NCBI GenBank assembly: GCA_043228905.1
Contig: JBHGNT010000020.1
Span: forward strand, 12,710,001-12,774,000
Direction: 5' to 3'
From: Azolla caroliniana
Lineage: Eukaryota > Plantae > Polypodiophyta
Length of the DNA: 64,000 nt
This document shows, one piece after another, positions 59,961 through 64,000 of the stretch. A program made the position numbers and the translations under genes. Each line of letters begins with the position of its first letter. Position 1 is the stretch's first letter. The notes beneath the pieces are model-generated. The model was not told where the DNA came from and made no database searches. It saw only the letters and a list, made by a program, of their open reading frames with translations.

Positions 59961-62190
59961 TAACTAAAACATGTTAGGAATCATTAGAAAATGTGTTGAA
60001 AACTCTAGAAAAAAGAAGTGCAAATTTTGATACACAAAGATACCACGGCTAACAATAGTGATGGAAAAAGAAGAAGAAAATCTTTAGGCCATGAAAATGA
60101 ACTCTAAAACTCCATAACCAAGTTTAGACACTCTCCATGCATCATGATCCTAATGACCCACTTAAATCTACTTGTGCATTGCAAGACTCTTGGGAATTCT
60201 CTTGTGTGAACACAAACCTTGGGCTCATCATTTGAACACAATTGTGTTGGCTCATGTTCCGTGGAGCCTTCTGGTGGATAGATACCGTTATCGGAAACAC
60301 ACAAATACTTGATTGCGTAATGCGCATCAAGAGAAACTATGCCATAAACATATAGAGAGATATATATATGTAGATAGATAGCTAGACAAGCACACAAGTT
60401 GTGACCTTGTTTTCTTGATAAAACATGGGGGGGAAATATCTCTATTTGTAGGCACAAGATGACACATGGTTTCAGTGAAGCTTGTGGCACACACACACAC
60501 ACACACACCCTTTTGGGTGGATTGCTAGAACCTAGAAAAGACACAACTTTAATTTCATGACAAATGGACAATAGAATCCAACATTAAGCTCATTCGCCTA
60601 ACTCGGTAAAACCTTTGAAGTGTACACCTCTTGTGTTGTTCTTTGGGGGGGGGACTAGGCTGATGATATTTCCATTTTATTGAATTTCCTCTCTTTTTCC
60701 ATTTTACACTTTTATCTTGATACATGTCGTGTATTCTGTCTTTCTTTATTATTCTCGGCACATCAAAGGATGAGTGGCTACTCCCCTGCTCAAGCAATTG
60801 GTGTCTTTTATGTAAGGCTACACTTCGCGACATTATCAAACACGCAATACAGTCTTTATCTAGGCTTTAAGTATAGTTACGTGTATGGTTCAGCTCGTCT
60901 TTTTGTCCATCACAACTTAAAGTAAGTCGATGCTCCACATCCAATGAGATCGACAACACCAAATGATTTGTGTATAGATCATTAGGGCCCTATACTAAGC
61001 ATAAACTCAAATAGCTTCATTGGAGCTAGTCACCATCACTAAGGGGACATACTTTAATCTTAATCACTATAGCAAGCAAGTGGCCATACTTGGATGTTTT
61101 TTGTGACGATGTAAAGGATGACATGTATCTACCCAATTTTGGTATTATAATTTGAAAATAACCCTTATCCATTTAAGTGGTCTTCAACGACTCTCTAAAA
61201 AAGCTGCACACTATAAACTATTGTTCCCTATCTCCCTCGATGATCAAATGATTGGACACCATTGTTGAAGTATCATAGTTTATTGTACAAATCGATCTTT
61301 TGTTGATGCTTCTCTTTCATGACACCGAACAAACTCATTTCGACGATTTGGCACAATTCGCTTAAATGTTAAGATATATGATATTCTTCTAGGTTGCAAG
61401 TTGAATGTTTTGTTTTATGTTTCATAGTCTTTTGATGTGCAAAGGTCCAAACCAAATAATAATCAGAAGTTGCGCTTGCTCTTGTATATTGTCCGCCTCT
61501 TTGCTGACTTCTCACCTAATCCGGCTCCTTTCAATTCATTGCACTATTACTTAGTTGTAGATGCATACATAGGGCTCTTTTTTAACAATTTTAACAAGCA
61601 CACATTGGATGCCACAAAGGATGACTTGATAATTTAATTATGTTTTGTATTGTATGAATGGAATGAATATTCAAGTTTAGGTTACATACTTGAAAACCAT
61701 CATGTACAAAAATATTGTTATATTTAAAGGTTTAGAAGACGAGATAGATGATGTGATAAGTTAAAGTGACCAAAACACATTTGCCAAATATATAATGCAT
61801 TTCATATGGCACTTGTGCTTAAACCTAATCGCATAGAATCCATGCTAATCGATCACAGTGTTTGGTCTAAATGTTCGTGTATTTTATAAGGCAATAGTTT
61901 TAAAAATGAATCTATGGAATCCATGCTACATAGTCAGCAATTATCAAATCAATTGTTACACATTCATTACAAATGAAAATGCCAAACATGAAAAACTTGA
62001 AGGGTCCTATGGTGTTTAATGGCCCAATAAACAAAATAATTCTAAGCAATTAGCTCTTTAAGTGAAAAAATGGAAAAGTGAACATATTCTAAAGACCATT
62101 CATACCTTTGTTTCAACAAAGTTCATACGACATGATGTATAACACAAGAAGACTTTGTAATAAAGTTTTACCTCAATATTGACATCAAAC

Positions 62191-62193
<3 letters not shown>

Positions 62194-62232
<39 letters not shown>

Positions 62233-62253
62233 CGTGGGGGGGGGGGGGGGGGG
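62194..62253. repeat. (TA)n followed by a long G homopolymer
   Basis: Read directly from the sequence. Confidence 0.85.
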
Positions 62254-64000
62254 TATGTAGTGGCGCAACCATAGTTAATGGTATTAGTTTCACATAAATT
62301 TTTATTTTTATTTTTCCCTCTAAAGAGACACACCTTCGTATTTATTTATTTATTTTTTCACATAAAAATTTATTAATCACATGAACATTTTTATACAAAC
62401 AATGTAACGACATTCATTACCACAATTACATGGCTCACTATGCATTTTTGCTAGCTTACAATAAAACATTCAAATAATATGGATGTATGCTTGCTTGCCA
62501 ACCTGCATGTGGGTGTTTAATAGTACCTAATCTAATATTGTGATTGTTAACGACAAGTTTTGCATTTTTTAATATTTAGGAAGCCAATATAGGTGTATTG
62601 GCATAGCCTTGCTAAAAGGCATGTTATGTATTGTTTGAGAAGCCTAGTCTGAAAAGTTTGTGTTAGAGGTTGACTTTTAGAGAATAGTTTTACCTTTTTT
62701 ATCGATACAAATGACATGTGTGTTAACCAAATCCAAACTTGAACATTATAGTCTTGCAAATCATTTGGCAGAGTTACCATTACAAAACGACCATCGTATA
62801 AGAACACATATGCATGTAAAGTTTTAGGCAATGGTTTCAAATTGTGTTTCAATAATACGACAATATATTTGACCTCACTTGATATTATGACATAAATAAT
62901 TGAGAACAATAATGAAATCGCAAGAAAGGATAATTCCAATTAACATGGTAATCATGATTAAGAGAGAACTAGGGGTCAATGAAATTGAATGTCCAAATTG
63001 AGAAGAAACAATTTAATATAAATTGTCATAATCTCCATAAGTTGTTATACAATGACATTATTAATCAAAGATACGGAAAGACATATCTTCATATCATGCT
63101 CGTTCTTGTTTACGCCAAGATCGTGATATGTTGATGTGTTATTCTATCCATTGCATTTGTGAAGCCTTTGTTGCCTTCTTAGTGTTACCTTTTAAACCTT
63201 CTTAGCGTTGCCTTTTAAAGGCTTGGGCTACCACATACTTAATTCTGCACGTGCACAAGTTTTTATCCATGCCCTATCATCTGTTTATATATTTGAAATA
63301 TGGAATTCTTGTAGGGTAATCTTAGGAATCTATAAGCAACAATGTGTGCAGATGCATAACGTATCTTATATGGCATATAAAGGCAATGATTTCACATTGA
63401 AAATTCTTGTCATAATCTTTATAATTGATATTCTACTCGTTTCTTCAACCACATTTTTGTAAAGAGTTACATGAGCTGAAATTATGTTTATCATGCATGA
63501 AAGCACACTTTCTTGCATGCACGTGCTATTCTGTGCCAAGTTCTACTTAAGAGGATATAGATACCTTGTATGGAGAAAAAATATGTGGCGGAATAAGGAA
63601 TTTGGTGCAAAAGGTTTCCATGAAGTTCTATTAATGGATAAAGAATATAAAACCACTTTGGGTTATCATTCATCTTGCTTGATTATCCCGTGAATTGGTA
63701 ATAAAAGAGGTGGTTCCGTTGAAAGTGTTGACGTAGATCCTCACACCTAATAATCCAACAAGCATTAAGCAAGAAAGAGGCGATTCCATCTAGCATGTTC
63801 CCAAAATTCCTCTTGCCTAATAACCTCACATGCATTAGCCAATAGCAAGAATGATGTTGTTTCCATGTTATATAAGGGGAGCCTTCAGGCACCAATATAA
63901 GATTCTCTCTAGGTAAATGTTGATTGCACATCTATGTTGTGATTTTCTCCCATTATGTTGCTCTATTAATGCCATTGTACACATAATGCTTTCCATATGA

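Overview
Eukaryotic land-plant DNA. A motile-cilium gene (CFAP53-like), a group-Ia stomatal-type bHLH and a PLS-class PPR gene together point to a flagellate-sperm lineage such as a fern or lycophyte (inference). Positions 1-17 kb are a nested retrotransposon cluster. A young non-chromovirus Ty3/gypsy element (minus strand, to 9603) and a complete Ty1/copia element (9694-15507, ATGGC TSD) both sit in the integrase of an old chromodomain-bearing gypsy remnant. Positions 17-64 kb are AT-rich and hold four host genes (bHLH Ia, PPR-E+, CFAP53-like, DUF4408/DUF761-like), several MITEs and a full-length but inactivated L1 LINE (47133-53560, 18-bp TSD). The top finding is in the gypsy element. Three annotated ORFs 3' of pol are one ~884-aa sense-strand extra ORF broken by two TAG codons, with a PMD/plant-transposon-like N-terminus, NLS-like basic patches and a long coiled coil. 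It has a candidate env-style splice (donor just before the gag ATG, acceptor 2 nt before the extra-ORF ATG), and no polypurine tract lies next to the 3' LTR. The copia element also shows a duplicated PPT bracketing a ~166-codon in-frame acidic/basic tail.
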